A stretch of 64,000 nt of DNA from Escherichia coli (GTDB lineage Bacteria > Pseudomonadota > Gammaproteobacteria > Enterobacterales > Enterobacteriaceae): assembly GCF_024223415.1 (NCBI RefSeq), contig NZ_CP100500.1, one strand, 5' to 3'. A model generated the notes under the pieces. That model saw only the letters and a list, made by a program, of their open reading frames with translations, was not told where the DNA came from and did no database searches. The position numbers and the translations under genes were made by a program. Positions 51,924 through 61,522 of this stretch are shown piece by piece; positions within the stretch are counted from its first letter, which is position 1, and each line of letters opens with the position of its first letter.

Positions 51924-52973
51924 ATGAAAATCAGTCGGGAAACACTCCACCAGCTAATTGAGAATAAACTCTGCCAGGCTGGGTTAAAACGTGAGCACGC
52001 TGCAACCGTGGCTGAAGTATTGGTTTACGCCGATGCCAGAGGGATCCACTCTCATGGCGCGGTGCGCGTGGAATACTACGCGGAACGCATTTCAAAAGGC
52101 GGCACCAACCGCGAACCGGAGTTTCGTCTTGAGGAAACCGGGCCGTGCTCGGCAATTTTACATGCCGACAATGCCGCCGGACAGGTCGCGGCGAAAATGG
52201 GTATGGAACATGCCATCAAAACCGCCCAGCAAAATGGCGTTGCGGTGGTCGGTATCAGCCGGATGGGTCACAGCGGCGCAATCTCTTATTTTGTGCAGCA
52301 GGCAGCCCGCGCCGGATTAATTGGCATTTCGATGTGCCAGTCCGATCCAATGGTGGTGCCGTTTGGCGGCGCGGAAATTTACTACGGTACTAACCCACTG
52401 GCCTTTGCCGCGCCGGGAGAAGGCGACGAGATCCTTACCTTTGATATGGCGACTACCGTACAGGCATGGGGAAAAGTGCTCGACGCCCGCTCGCGTAATA
52501 TGTCTATCCCGGATACCTGGGCGGTCGATAAAAACGGTGCACCAACAACCGATCCGTTCGCGGTACATGCTCTGCTCCCCGCAGCCGGGCCGAAAGGGTA
52601 TGGCCTGATGATGATGATTGACGTCCTCTCAGGCGTCTTACTCGGCTTACCGTTCGGGCGACAGGTTAGTTCGATGTATGACGATTTACACGCCGGGCGT
52701 AATTTGGGGCAATTACATGTAGTTATTAACCCGAACTTTTTCTCCTCCAGCGAATTATTCCGTCAACATCTTAGCCAGACCATGCGCGAATTAAATGCCA
52801 TTACCCCCGCGCCCGGTTTTAATCAGGTTTATTATCCCGGACAGGATCAGGATATTAAACAACGCAAAGCCGCCGTCGAAGGCATCGAAATTGTTGATGA
52901 TATTTACCAGTATTTAATTTCCGACGCGCTTTATAACACGTCATACGAAACGAAAAATCCCTTTGCGCAATAA
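51924..52973 (+). CDS. allD: Ureidoglycolate dehydrogenase AllD
   Basis: 349 aa Ldh_2-family protein. Confidence 0.9.
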   Translation: MKISRETLHQLIENKLCQAGLKREHAATVAEVLVYADARGIHSHGAVRVEYYAERISKGGTNREPEFRLEETGPCSAILHADNAAGQVAAKMGMEHAIKTAQQNGVAVVGISRMGHSGAISYFVQQAARAGLIGISMCQSDPMVVPFGGAEIYYGTNPLAFAAPGEGDEILTFDMATTVQAWGKVLDARSRNMSIPDTWAVDKNGAPTTDPFAVHALLPAAGPKGYGLMMMIDVLSGVLLGLPFGRQVSSMYDDLHAGRNLGQLHVVINPNFFSSSELFRQHLSQTMRELNAITPAPGFNQVYYPGQDQDIKQRKAAVEGIEIVDDIYQYLISDALYNTSYETKNPFAQ

Positions 52974-52994
52974 TTATTGAGACAGGACTTTCTT

Positions 52995-54230
52995 ATGATT
53001 ACACATTTTCGTCAAGCCATAGAAGAAGCGCTGCCCTGGCTTTCCTCATTTGGCGCTGACCCAACGGGTGGGATGACCCGTTTACTTTATTCGCCGGAAT
53101 GGCTGGAAACCCAGCAGCAATTTAAAAAAAGAATGGCCGCAAGTGGGCTGGAAACACGTTTCGATGAAGTGGGGAATTTATACGGTCGCCTGAGTGGCAC
53201 CGAATATCCACAGGAAGTGGTTCTGAGCGGTTCGCATATCGATACCGTGGTTAACGGCGGTAACCTCGACGGGCAATTCGGCGCGCTGGCGGCGTGGCTG
53301 GCAATTGACTGGCTGAAAACTCAATACGGCGCACCGCTGCGTACGGTTGAAGTGGTGGCGATGGCGGAAGAAGAAGGCAGCCGCTTCCCGTATGTTTTCT
53401 GGGGCAGTAAAAATATCTTTGGGCTGGCGAATCCTGACGACGTGCGGAATATCTGTGATGCCAAAGGAAATAGTTTTGTCGATGCGATGAAGGCTTGCGG
53501 ATTTACTCTGCCGGACGCCCCGCTAACTCCGCGTCAGGATATTAAAGCCTTTGTCGAACTGCATATCGAACAGGGCTGTGTGCTGGAAAGTAATGGGCAA
53601 TCAATTGGCGTGGTGAATGCAATTGTCGGGCAACGTCGCTATACGGTGACGCTGAACGGCGAATCAAACCATGCAGGCACCACGCCGATGGATTATCGTC
53701 GTGATACGGTTTACGCTTTCAGTCGCATTTGCCATCAGTCGATCGAAAAAGCGAAAAAGATGGGCGACCCGCTGGTGCTGACCTTTGGTAAGGTGGAGCC
53801 GCGCCCGAATACGGTGAATGTGGTGCCGGGTAAAACCACGTTCACCATTGATTGTCGTCATACCGACGCCGCCGTGCTGCGTGATTTCACCCAACAGTTA
53901 GAAAACGACATGCGGGCGATTTGCGATGAAATGGACATTGGTATTGATATCGATTTATGGATGGACGAAGAACCCGTGCCGATGAATAAGGACCTGGTCG
54001 CCACCCTGACAGAATTGTGTGAAAGTGAAAAACTGAATTACCGGGTGATGCACAGTGGTGCCGGGCACGACGCGCAAATTTTCGCGCCTCGCGTGCCGAC
54101 CTGCATGATTTTCATTCCCAGCATCAATGGGATCAGCCATAACCCGGCGGAACGCACCAATATTACCGACCTTGCCGAAGGGGTCAAAACGTTGGCACTC
54201 ATGCTTTATCAACTTGCCTGGCAGAAATAA
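52995..54230 (+). CDS. allC: Allantoate amidohydrolase AllC
   Basis: From MITHFRQAIEEALPWLS; M20 peptidase family. Confidence 0.9.
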   Translation: MITHFRQAIEEALPWLSSFGADPTGGMTRLLYSPEWLETQQQFKKRMAASGLETRFDEVGNLYGRLSGTEYPQEVVLSGSHIDTVVNGGNLDGQFGALAAWLAIDWLKTQYGAPLRTVEVVAMAEEEGSRFPYVFWGSKNIFGLANPDDVRNICDAKGNSFVDAMKACGFTLPDAPLTPRQDIKAFVELHIEQGCVLESNGQSIGVVNAIVGQRRYTVTLNGESNHAGTTPMDYRRDTVYAFSRICHQSIEKAKKMGDPLVLTFGKVEPRPNTVNVVPGKTTFTIDCRHTDAAVLRDFTQQLENDMRAICDEMDIGIDIDLWMDEEPVPMNKDLVATLTELCESEKLNYRVMHSGAGHDAQIFAPRVPTCMIFIPSINGISHNPAERTNITDLAEGVKTLALMLYQLAWQK

Positions 54231-54644
54231 GGAGTCATAAATGGGATATATCTATAACTTATTTTCAATAAGGTATTGATTTAATTAAACAACTTACACT
54301 ACAAAAAGTGCCAAAAATCGCAAATTAACTACACCATTAACTACACCGTTCGGCGCACTGTATGAAACAACGTGGAACAAATAGGCACAAGAAATATAAA
54401 GGCGGGTAATTTTAAGGGGGCGTTGCTGTCGATACGGGGATCCACATATCGAGATTGATACCTGGCTTTTTTTCCGGTTAACCTTTAATCAGGCTGGTGG
54501 GCTTTACCTGTTCTGTAGGAGTGGTCATTATGACCATTCAGCCAATGACCTTAATCAGAATTTTTCGCTAAAAAATGACGTTGGCCACGTCATCCGGAAA
54601 GCACAAAATCACGTCGATTTTTAATGGATGGTTAAACCGTCTTT

Positions 54645-54950
54645 TTGTCACGGTGTGTCACTGGTTGTCACGCTCTGTCACGATGTCCGGCCTCCTCACA
54701 TTGAGGATTGTGGAAGAATCAATGGGTTAGTCTTACTACCCAAACTACGGGTAGTTTCCGTAGTTTCATGGTCGAGTTGCAGATCTGCAACTCCCCCATC
54801 AACCACAGGCGAATTTCCGCCTTCGGTCATTCCTTAATCATCTGCGTAATCATAATGATTATTCAGCCACCTCAATTTTGAGGTTTGCTTTAAGTTCAGC
54901 GAGTTACCGCGCCGACTTCCTCAAATTGAGGTTTCCGAAAATATCAGTGG
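54645..54950. repeat. Repeat-dense non-coding region (phased TGTCAC repeats, CCTCA-N-TGAGG palindromes, 20-bp perfect palindrome)
   Basis: TGTCAC x4 at exactly 10-bp spacing (54645-54680); palindromes CCTCACATTGAGG (54693), CCTCAATTTTGAGG (54870), CCTCAAATTGAGG (54919); GAGTTGCAGATCTGCAACTC (54774-54793). Confidence 0.6.
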
Positions 54951-55087
54951 GTTAGCGATTAAGCTGACCATTAATTAAACTGCGAAAATTTCGTAGTTTG
55001 TGACTGTCTTTCAGGCAGCTTGTTATCAGTCCTCAGATGTGAGGGATGTAGCCAGCGCAATTTTGCGTTATCGGGAATATCAGCAAG

Positions 55088-55369
55088 TTACCGCCGTAAC
55101 CGTTCCGGCTTCTTCCACTGATAAGTGTTTTTCGCGCTCTCCTGATACATCGCCACGCGTCGACGGTATGCCAGCAACTCTAGTACTCTGATTCGTATGT
55201 CGCGCATATCCACGCCGTTAAGCTCAATACCATCACGGCGCATTACATCAGCAACAACACGCACGTAATTTTCGGCGATCACGCTGTCCGGCTGCGTGGC
55301 CTGTTCGTCATGCTGCTGGCTGATTCCGGTAACGCGGCGGATTAATCCCAGTAGTTCGGCTTCTGTCAT
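55088..55369 (-). CDS. Hypothetical protein
   Basis: 93 aa ORF at the end of the element's minus-strand gene series. Confidence 0.35.
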   Translation of the reverse strand: MTEAELLGLIRRVTGISQQHDEQATQPDSVIAENYVRVVADVMRRDGIELNGVDMRDIRIRVLELLAYRRRVAMYQESAKNTYQWKKPERLRR

Positions 55370-55661
55370 TGTGCCCCCATCGCTCTGATAGTCTGGTGTC
55401 GTCGGGTCCTTCTGGAATTATGGCCCGTTACGGGGCGTCGACCTCGCGGTTTTTCGCTATTTATGAGCTTTTTTAGAGGGAGGTTGTTGTTTAATTGTTT
55501 GTCATATCCATTTGATAACTAAGTAAAAATAAAGAGCAATACAACAACCTGATAGTGTTTTTTTGATGCTAAAAATAAAAAAATACTAATTGAATCAAAT
55601 AGTTTTAAAAAAATACGTGGTTGTTGTATTGCGTATTTGATGGCGTAACAGAAAGTGATTT

Positions 55662-56102
55662 TTAACTTTGCTGTTCTGTAACGACTGATTGTTCCATGCT
55701 GGCACGGCGAACGCTTACGGCATGACGCCACCCAGCCAGAAAGCCAGCCATTTTATTTCGTGCCTTGCTCACATCTTCCGGTGAATAGCCGTAAATATGC
55801 AAACCTTCATCAAATCGCTGTTCTGTTTCTTCACTGAAATACTCGTCGCGCTCTGACGCAATCAACCTGGCAACCATAATCTTTTCCAGTGCGCTGGTTT
55901 CTCCGTGGTACTCAATAGCATCAAGATGGCTTTTACCCATGCACCAGAATAATGTGTGTCCGATGTGATAACCGCCGGACTTTCCGCGATCCGCATCAAG
56001 ATATGGCATGCCCTGTTTGGTCCATGCGCGAATAGTGGTTCTGTTGACCTTGAAATGTTCTGCTATTTCCTGCTGACTCACAAAACAAGCTTTATCAATC
56101 AT
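55662..56102 (-). CDS. Nu1-like HTH protein (terminase small subunit-like / packaging specificity candidate)
   Basis: 146 aa; N-terminal SQQEIAEHFKVNRTTIRAWTKQGMPY...GGYHIGH resembles lambda Nu1 N-terminal DNA-binding domain. Confidence 0.45.
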   Translation of the reverse strand: MIDKACFVSQQEIAEHFKVNRTTIRAWTKQGMPYLDADRGKSGGYHIGHTLFWCMGKSHLDAIEYHGETSALEKIMVARLIASERDEYFSEETEQRFDEGLHIYGYSPEDVSKARNKMAGFLAGWRHAVSVRRASMEQSVVTEQQS

Positions 56103-56235
56103 AATGTTACCTTAATCATGCGATTAAATGTTAATCAAGTGGTGGTGGTGTCACCTTCACGGAAAAACGTCATAAATAGCGAAAACGCGCGAGGTCGACG
56201 CCCCGTAACGGGTCCACATGCCGGAAAGGACCCGC

Positions 56236-56258
56236 AAAAAAAGCCGGATTTCTCCGGC
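56236..56258 (-). terminator. Intrinsic terminator
   Basis: Minus-strand hairpin GCCGGA-loop-TCCGGC followed by TTTTTTT, downstream of ORF 56265-56678. Confidence 0.45.
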
Positions 56259-56264
56259 CTTGTC

Positions 56265-56678
56265 TCAGATGGTTTTCAGTATGCGATCGATGTCGCCGTC
56301 ATCGCCCTGGTTTGTGCCATCGTATGCCATGCCAGCTGATACGGCTTTCGGGCTGTGCATGTCCATAAAGTTTTCAAAGGCTGAAGTAAGCTCTGGTGCA
56401 ACCTTCGGGCGTTCCTGCTCTATGGTCATGCTAAGGATGCTTTTAGCCGTACCAACATCGATACAAGGCACGTTAGCCATTGCACGTAACAGCGGCTGGT
56501 AGTCGTCAGATTCATGAAGCGCCATAATCGCATCAGCGCGCGGCTTGTCCTGTTCTTCCAGTTTGTTGAGTCGGTGTATGGCCTCGTAGGTTGATAAACC
56601 TCTGTCAGCCATTGCCCGCGCTTCGGCTTTAAATTTACTCGCCAGCGGTAGCTTCATGATACTTTCATTCGTTGCCAT
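56265..56678 (-). CDS. Hypothetical head-module protein
   Basis: 137 aa acidic protein directly downstream of the gpD-like gene. Confidence 0.35.
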   Translation of the reverse strand: MATNESIMKLPLASKFKAEARAMADRGLSTYEAIHRLNKLEEQDKPRADAIMALHESDDYQPLLRAMANVPCIDVGTAKSILSMTIEQERPKVAPELTSAFENFMDMHSPKAVSAGMAYDGTNQGDDGDIDRILKTI

Positions 56679-56690
56679 CGTTCCCCCTGC

Positions 56691-57026
56691 TTATCGTGCC
56701 AGCGGCTGAACGGATACGCCGGAACCCGCAAAGGCGGCGCATTTTTTCGCATCGGTGTCGACGCTATCAGGCCAGTTAACGGCGGCAATATTGAATATCC
56801 CCGTTTTGTAACACTGTGCTGATTTCTGCTTTGACGTGTCCACGGGGTGCGAAGTCAGATAAACAGCTTTGCCAGATTCCTGACCATCCCACGCCTTAAA
56901 CTCGCCATTGTCTGCCAGCATCAGCGGGGTAAATTCCTGAATAACGCCAGCATCAGCGGCAAAATGTACCAGCGTCGTGGATACCTGCTGGCTGCCTGAA
57001 AATAACTCAATGTATGGAGCGTCCAT
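56691..57026 (-). CDS. Head decoration protein (lambda gpD-like)
   Basis: 111 aa; ...LMLADNGEFKAWDG...AAFAGSGVSV resembles gpD; adjacent to gpE-like gene. Confidence 0.6.
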   Translation of the reverse strand: MDAPYIELFSGSQQVSTTLVHFAADAGVIQEFTPLMLADNGEFKAWDGQESGKAVYLTSHPVDTSKQKSAQCYKTGIFNIAAVNWPDSVDTDAKKCAAFAGSGVSVQPLAR

Positions 57027-57037
57027 AGAATCCCCCG

Positions 57038-58093
57038 TTAAGCAATTTTGACGGTAACAAATTTGCGAATATCTGCCGGTACCGGCTGCGGTGCGCTGTG
57101 CGTCTGCACGTACTCAATCGCCGGATCGCCGTCCTCAATCCAGTTTTTCGGGTAGTACATGTTTTGCGTTGCGCCCGTTCTTACCGCTTCCTGATCCATA
57201 ATCGCACCATATGCCACCAGCCCTTTATTGTTGGTGTTACCCAGGACCAGCAAATCAGGCTCAAGGAAATATTTTTCGGTGCCGTCGCTGTCAGTGTATT
57301 TGCCGGAATAGACGATAAGGGCCAGATCACCAAGATAGCCTTTAAAGCTCACCACTTCGCCCAGGTTTTTACAGGCCAGCTCGGCGGCGGATTCTGACCC
57401 ACGGGAAAGATCGTACAGTTCACGGAATTTTTTAAAGCTGCGTAATGTGCGCCATACCTCACCGCCCATAATCATGACGTTGGCGGGGCAACCTGCCTGA
57501 TCAGCATAAAGCTCGATGTCATAGATTGGGTCGTGCATGTCTTTATCCTGCTGGGACCATTTTTTACCACTGGCCTGCTGTATGATGCAGTTTTCCGGTA
57601 TTTTCCAGTCGATTTCATAGCGTTCTATGCCTTCGCCCTCAATGATGTTTTTTCCGGTCGTTACCGCATTCACCGCCAGCCATTCAACACGCGCTTTAAT
57701 GGCGTTTACCTGGCGGCGCATGTTGCCAGTAATCAGGCGCATACGGCGATAGGTTGGGTCGTTAAGCTGTGCCGGATCTTCTCCAGCCATGCGCATGATG
57801 GTCTTTGTTGGATCGATTTCGTGCTTTGGCTTCATGTAGCCTGGTTTAATCGTGCTGGTTTCGTACCCTTTATCGCGCTGGACCTGACTACCCACCATAG
57901 GAGAACAGAACGCAGACATCGTAACCTCTTCAATGTCCAGGGTGTCCAGCATGATGTTTTGGGTGTTGAAGGTCGCCACGTTCGGGAAAAACAGCGTGGT
58001 AAACAGCGGACTAAATTTAAATTCCGAAATATCCCCGCGATTCAGGTACGCGAAAAGCTGGTTAGTTGTAAGTGCCGTTGCTTTGCCTGTCAT
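57038..58093 (-). CDS. Major capsid protein (lambda gpE-like)
   Basis: 351 aa; shares with lambda gpE the blocks PGYMKPKHE, EDPAQLNDPTYRR, YSGKY, YPKNW..GDPA, SAP. Confidence 0.8.
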   Translation of the reverse strand: MTGKATALTTNQLFAYLNRGDISEFKFSPLFTTLFFPNVATFNTQNIMLDTLDIEEVTMSAFCSPMVGSQVQRDKGYETSTIKPGYMKPKHEIDPTKTIMRMAGEDPAQLNDPTYRRMRLITGNMRRQVNAIKARVEWLAVNAVTTGKNIIEGEGIERYEIDWKIPENCIIQQASGKKWSQQDKDMHDPIYDIELYADQAGCPANVMIMGGEVWRTLRSFKKFRELYDLSRGSESAAELACKNLGEVVSFKGYLGDLALIVYSGKYTDSDGTEKYFLEPDLLVLGNTNNKGLVAYGAIMDQEAVRTGATQNMYYPKNWIEDGDPAIEYVQTHSAPQPVPADIRKFVTVKIA

Positions 58094-58299
58094 TATTCAC
58101 CTCCGTGAACCTGATTGATACCCAGCGCCGCACGTAAATAGGTGCGCACCTGCCAGCCTGTTGACGGCTCAACCATCGCCAGCGGATCAAGTCCTGCCGC
58201 AATGCCTGCTTTTACATTCTGCTGGTGGCGTTCCTTGAGCGCCTCCACGATGTCGGGGCTTATGTAGACCGTCACCCCGCCTTTTTTCTCTTCTGCCAT
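58093..58299 (-). CDS. Hypothetical small protein upstream of capsid gene
   Basis: 68 aa ORF whose stop overlaps the capsid start. Confidence 0.3.
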   Translation of the reverse strand: MAEEKKGGVTVYISPDIVEALKERHQQNVKAGIAAGLDPLAMVEPSTGWQVRTYLRAALGINQVHGGE

Positions 58300-58466
58300 A
58301 GTCAGAAATTCCTCTTTGACTTAAAAAATCATAACTGGATGTTCATCCAGTCCTGATTATAATCATGATTGCATTTTGTGCAATAATGTTGAGTTGTGTT
58401 GCAAATTATGAAATGATTATCCCGATCATGTGTGTCAGTGCACCATAAAAAACCTCGTATACAAAA

Positions 58467-58532
58467 GCCCGATAAGCCCCCTGTGACCTTATCGGGCTTT
58501 TTTTAGGCGTAAAAAAGCCGGATTGCTCCGGC
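58467..58532. terminator. Back-to-back intrinsic terminators
   Basis: Plus-strand hairpin GCCCGATAAG-loop-CTTATCGGGC + T7 (58467-58504) and minus-strand hairpin GCCGGA-TTGC-TCCGGC + T6 (58511-58532) just downstream of the PerC-like gene. Confidence 0.5.
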
Positions 58533-58539
58533 TGTGTGC

Positions 58540-58812
58540 TCACTTCTGCGGGTAGTTGCGCCATATTGCTTTGCCAATACCAGCTATCCCCATTTGTTTT
58601 TCAGTGCGATTAACTGACCTTTTCAGAGCGCCTAAATCATCCGGCGGCTCCGGTGGCCTCTGTGCCTTCCGTGAACATTCCAGCCGTCGCATTGCCACCT
58701 GTGCGCGTTCCTTGTCTGTCTCCACCAGCATCATCACTTCACCCCATCGCGCGGCCGCCCTCCGGTAAAATCCTTTCGCCTCCAGTTCCTCCGCTATCCG
58801 GTCATGTACCAT
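58540..58812 (-). CDS. PerC/ANR-like putative regulator
   Basis: From MVHDRIAEELEAKGFYRRAAARWGEV with GAGGGGG RBS; motif shared with prophage ORF 25038-25532. Confidence 0.4.
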   Translation of the reverse strand: MVHDRIAEELEAKGFYRRAAARWGEVMMLVETDKERAQVAMRRLECSRKAQRPPEPPDDLGALKRSVNRTEKQMGIAGIGKAIWRNYPQK

Positions 58813-58822
58813 CGTCACCCCC

Positions 58823-59233
58823 TCAGAACGGAATATCATCACCGTAAGGGTCATCGCCTCCCGCTGGTGGCTGATTACCCTGTGTGCCTGTGGTTTTGCG
58901 TCTGTTCCCGCCAGGACGTGCCGCACGGGCACTGATTACGCTGTCTGCGATGACCTGCCAGCCCTGCCGCGTTTCGCCGTTCTGGCCTGTCCACTGGCTT
59001 ACCTGCATGTTACCCGCCACGCTCACCAGTTCGCCTTTGTGGTGTCTGGCCAGTGCGTCGGCCTGTCTGCCAAACGCCAGGACGGATAACCACATCGTCG
59101 CCGTTCCGTCATCTGCCTGGCTGCATGGCAGGGGAACCGCCATACTCGCCATCGCCATTTGTGTCCCTTTGCTGGTCTGTTTTGTCTGCGGGTCGTCCAC
59201 CAGCCGCCCGTAAGCCGCTATCTGTGCTGTCAT
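58823..59233 (-). CDS. ssb: Single-stranded DNA-binding protein (SSB)
   Basis: 136 aa; OB-fold-like N-terminal region, Gly/Pro/Gln-rich linker, C-terminal acidic tip ...GDDPYGDDIPF typical of SSB. Confidence 0.7.
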   Translation of the reverse strand: MTAQIAAYGRLVDDPQTKQTSKGTQMAMASMAVPLPCSQADDGTATMWLSVLAFGRQADALARHHKGELVSVAGNMQVSQWTGQNGETRQGWQVIADSVISARAARPGGNRRKTTGTQGNQPPAGGDDPYGDDIPF

Positions 59234-59487
59234 GCTGTCTGCTCTCCGGTTTTAACATTGATGGTTGTCACCTGTTCCGCTCCGGCAATCTCCCGCTCTG
59301 TCAGCGTGGCAAAGTTTGCCGCCGTCGTTGTCATGAATGCGCTTATCAGTTCGGGATGTGCTTTCGCGTATCCTTCCCCCGTGTTGCGGTCGATGATTTT
59401 TATCGCCACCCTCAGCCAGTGCTCTGTAAGGTCAATGGCGCGGTTATGTGATTTCTTCTGATTGTTAAATTTTTCTGATGTGTGCAT
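59230..59487 (-). CDS. Hypothetical protein
   Basis: 85 aa ORF between origin and SSB, coupled to SSB start. Confidence 0.35.
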   Translation of the reverse strand: MHTSEKFNNQKKSHNRAIDLTEHWLRVAIKIIDRNTGEGYAKAHPELISAFMTTTAANFATLTEREIAGAEQVTTINVKTGEQTA

Positions 59488-59533
59488 TTTTATTTTTACC
59501 CCCTCGTTTAAAAAGTTTTGAGTTGTGGTGCAC

Positions 59534-59766
59534 CTCCTCTACCTCTCTACACAATCATCTTTCAGGTCAGTAATGGCGCGGCTTTCAGCGGGGTAGAGGG
59601 CTTTTTTGGCCCTCTACCCGCCATCTACCACCCCCTCACAAATGCCCTGAATTATGGTAGAGGGTGTAGAGGGCTTTTAAGTACCTTCTACCTGCCATCC
59701 ACCCAATCTATCCACATGAAATATATGTAATTATTTTCTTAAGGTAGAAGGGGTAGAGGGCTTTTG
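59534..59766. repeat. Iteron-type replication origin of the second element
   Basis: Multiple direct and inverted copies of GGTAGAGGGCTTTT (and variants GGTAGAAGG, rc CCCTCTACC) immediately 3' of the primase gene. Confidence 0.65.
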
Positions 59767-59773
59767 TCTAAAA

Positions 59774-61522
59774 CTATAAAAACGCGTCGCAGTCGTCTGT
59801 TGTTGTCACGTTGGTTTGCGTAAACCCTTTAATCCTGCGCGTTATATATTCATGACCGTAAACTTTCGCCGCTGGCTTCATGGCCTTGCTGAACTCAGCC
59901 ACGTTCAGCGGTTTGCTCCTGCCTGCATACGCCATAAACGCCAGATAGACGCGGTAAAGGCTGTTTCTGGTCGTGTACTTCACTGAATCGCCACCGCCGC
60001 CCATCATCAGGCCACGTGCTTCCTCCAGAAAATTCAGGAACTGGCAAAACTCAATAACCGGATCCGTCTGTTGCTTTATTGCCAGAGCTTCATCACCGTC
60101 TCGCTGTTCAATGAGTAAAGCCCGTGCCTTTTCAGGGTCGGCAAAGTTCGCCAGCAAGCGGCGGATAATGACAGGGATTTCAGCCGCGATCTTTTCCGGT
60201 AGCTCCCTGTCTTTTTCTGCCTCGCTTACGATGTTATCGAACCGGAATATCACCCGACGACGTGACACGCCTCCTGCCCGTTCGGTGAATATCATCGGGT
60301 TATTATTGGTTGCCAGCACAACCGCCCTGATTACCGCCGTGAATCGCTTTTCATATTTCGGGTTGATTTCCACGGGGTCGCCGCCCGTGATTTTCTTGAT
60401 GCCCGTTCCTTCGCCTGTATATTTCGGCTGGTCTGCCAGGACAATAAGCCTACTCCCGACAACCTGCGCACGCCCACCAGCATCATCAAGCGATGTCATC
60501 TCAGCGCTTACCGTGTTCTGTTTCCCTGCCAGAAGGCTGGCTATGTGTGTGAATGTACTTTTACCGCTCCCGCCGTCTCCGGTGGCCTCAATAAACATCT
60601 GCCAGTCGTACCGGTTCGCCATAATCATGTACAGCGCGGCACATATACGCATCATCTTGCGCGGGTCTTTTCCGGCAGCGTGATCAAGCCATTTATGAAA
60701 GTTTGGCGCGTTGTCGCGGATATTCTCACCTGGTACTGGCGGCGTGTACTCAATGCCGTTGTGTGTGGTGATCCAGTTCTCCGGCGTGTGCGGGGAAAAT
60801 TCCCCCGTTTTCAGGTCAAGCGCACCATTGGCGAACGGCAGCAAATCGCCGGACGGCTCGCCCATTGGTTCGGCAATAACTTTTAACGCTTCCACGGCGT
60901 TACTGATTACGCGCTTGCTGAAAGTGGCCCTGTGCTCTGAATAGATCGCCACCATTTCGCGGCTCAGTTCCATTGTGCTGACCGGACACCATACCCCGCC
61001 GCGCCATACGTGAACGATTTCACTTTCCAGATGCACACAAACGCCATCAAATCGACCAGCAAGCATCTGTGCGCGCTCACTGTCTGCCATTTGTGCCAGT
61101 TGCGTATTTTTCTGCTCCGGCATGGTAAGCCCTGCGGCAATATTTTCACGCTCAGCATTCAGATAGCGCCGCCAGTTTTCACACTTCTGACCGTGCATTC
61201 CTTCAGAGTAAAAATTCGCATCCTGAATATCTGCCGCCGCCAGCTTCTGACCAATCTTTTTGGTCTCCACTAAATCCAGTTCTCCGGCCTGGTACAGCCT
61301 TACGCGTTTTTTTCCATCCGGAACAATTTTCAGCGCATCAAGTTCAGCAAGCTGATTTGGCCCAAGCCACACAGGCGGCACATTATCGCCGGATGCGGGA
61401 CCGTCCTTCTCCTGCCACTGTTGTGCATGCGACCAGGCATCACTACCCGCAAAGATAATTACCTCTGTGTCTTTGTGTTTTATTCCGCGTGGCTGTTTTT
61501 TTACGTTCGGTGCCAGTTTCAT
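59774..61522 (-). CDS. Primase/replicative helicase (D5_N/Primase_C + SF3 helicase, P4-alpha/PICI Pri-Rep type)
   Basis: 582 aa; Walker A GDGGSGKST; origin iterons directly downstream. Confidence 0.8.
   Translation of the reverse strand: MKLAPNVKKQPRGIKHKDTEVIIFAGSDAWSHAQQWQEKDGPASGDNVPPVWLGPNQLAELDALKIVPDGKKRVRLYQAGELDLVETKKIGQKLAAADIQDANFYSEGMHGQKCENWRRYLNAERENIAAGLTMPEQKNTQLAQMADSERAQMLAGRFDGVCVHLESEIVHVWRGGVWCPVSTMELSREMVAIYSEHRATFSKRVISNAVEALKVIAEPMGEPSGDLLPFANGALDLKTGEFSPHTPENWITTHNGIEYTPPVPGENIRDNAPNFHKWLDHAAGKDPRKMMRICAALYMIMANRYDWQMFIEATGDGGSGKSTFTHIASLLAGKQNTVSAEMTSLDDAGGRAQVVGSRLIVLADQPKYTGEGTGIKKITGGDPVEINPKYEKRFTAVIRAVVLATNNNPMIFTERAGGVSRRRVIFRFDNIVSEAEKDRELPEKIAAEIPVIIRRLLANFADPEKARALLIEQRDGDEALAIKQQTDPVIEFCQFLNFLEEARGLMMGGGGDSVKYTTRNSLYRVYLAFMAYAGRSKPLNVAEFSKAMKPAAKVYGHEYITRRIKGFTQTNVTTTDDCDAFL

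Noticed and set aside
54645-54680. Possible CRISPR array (short direct repeats)
   Set aside because: Repeats are 6-bp units at 10-bp phasing with only about 4-bp spacers, so this is not CRISPR-like; no cas genes or CRISPR-type repeat-spacer arrays were seen anywhere in the window.
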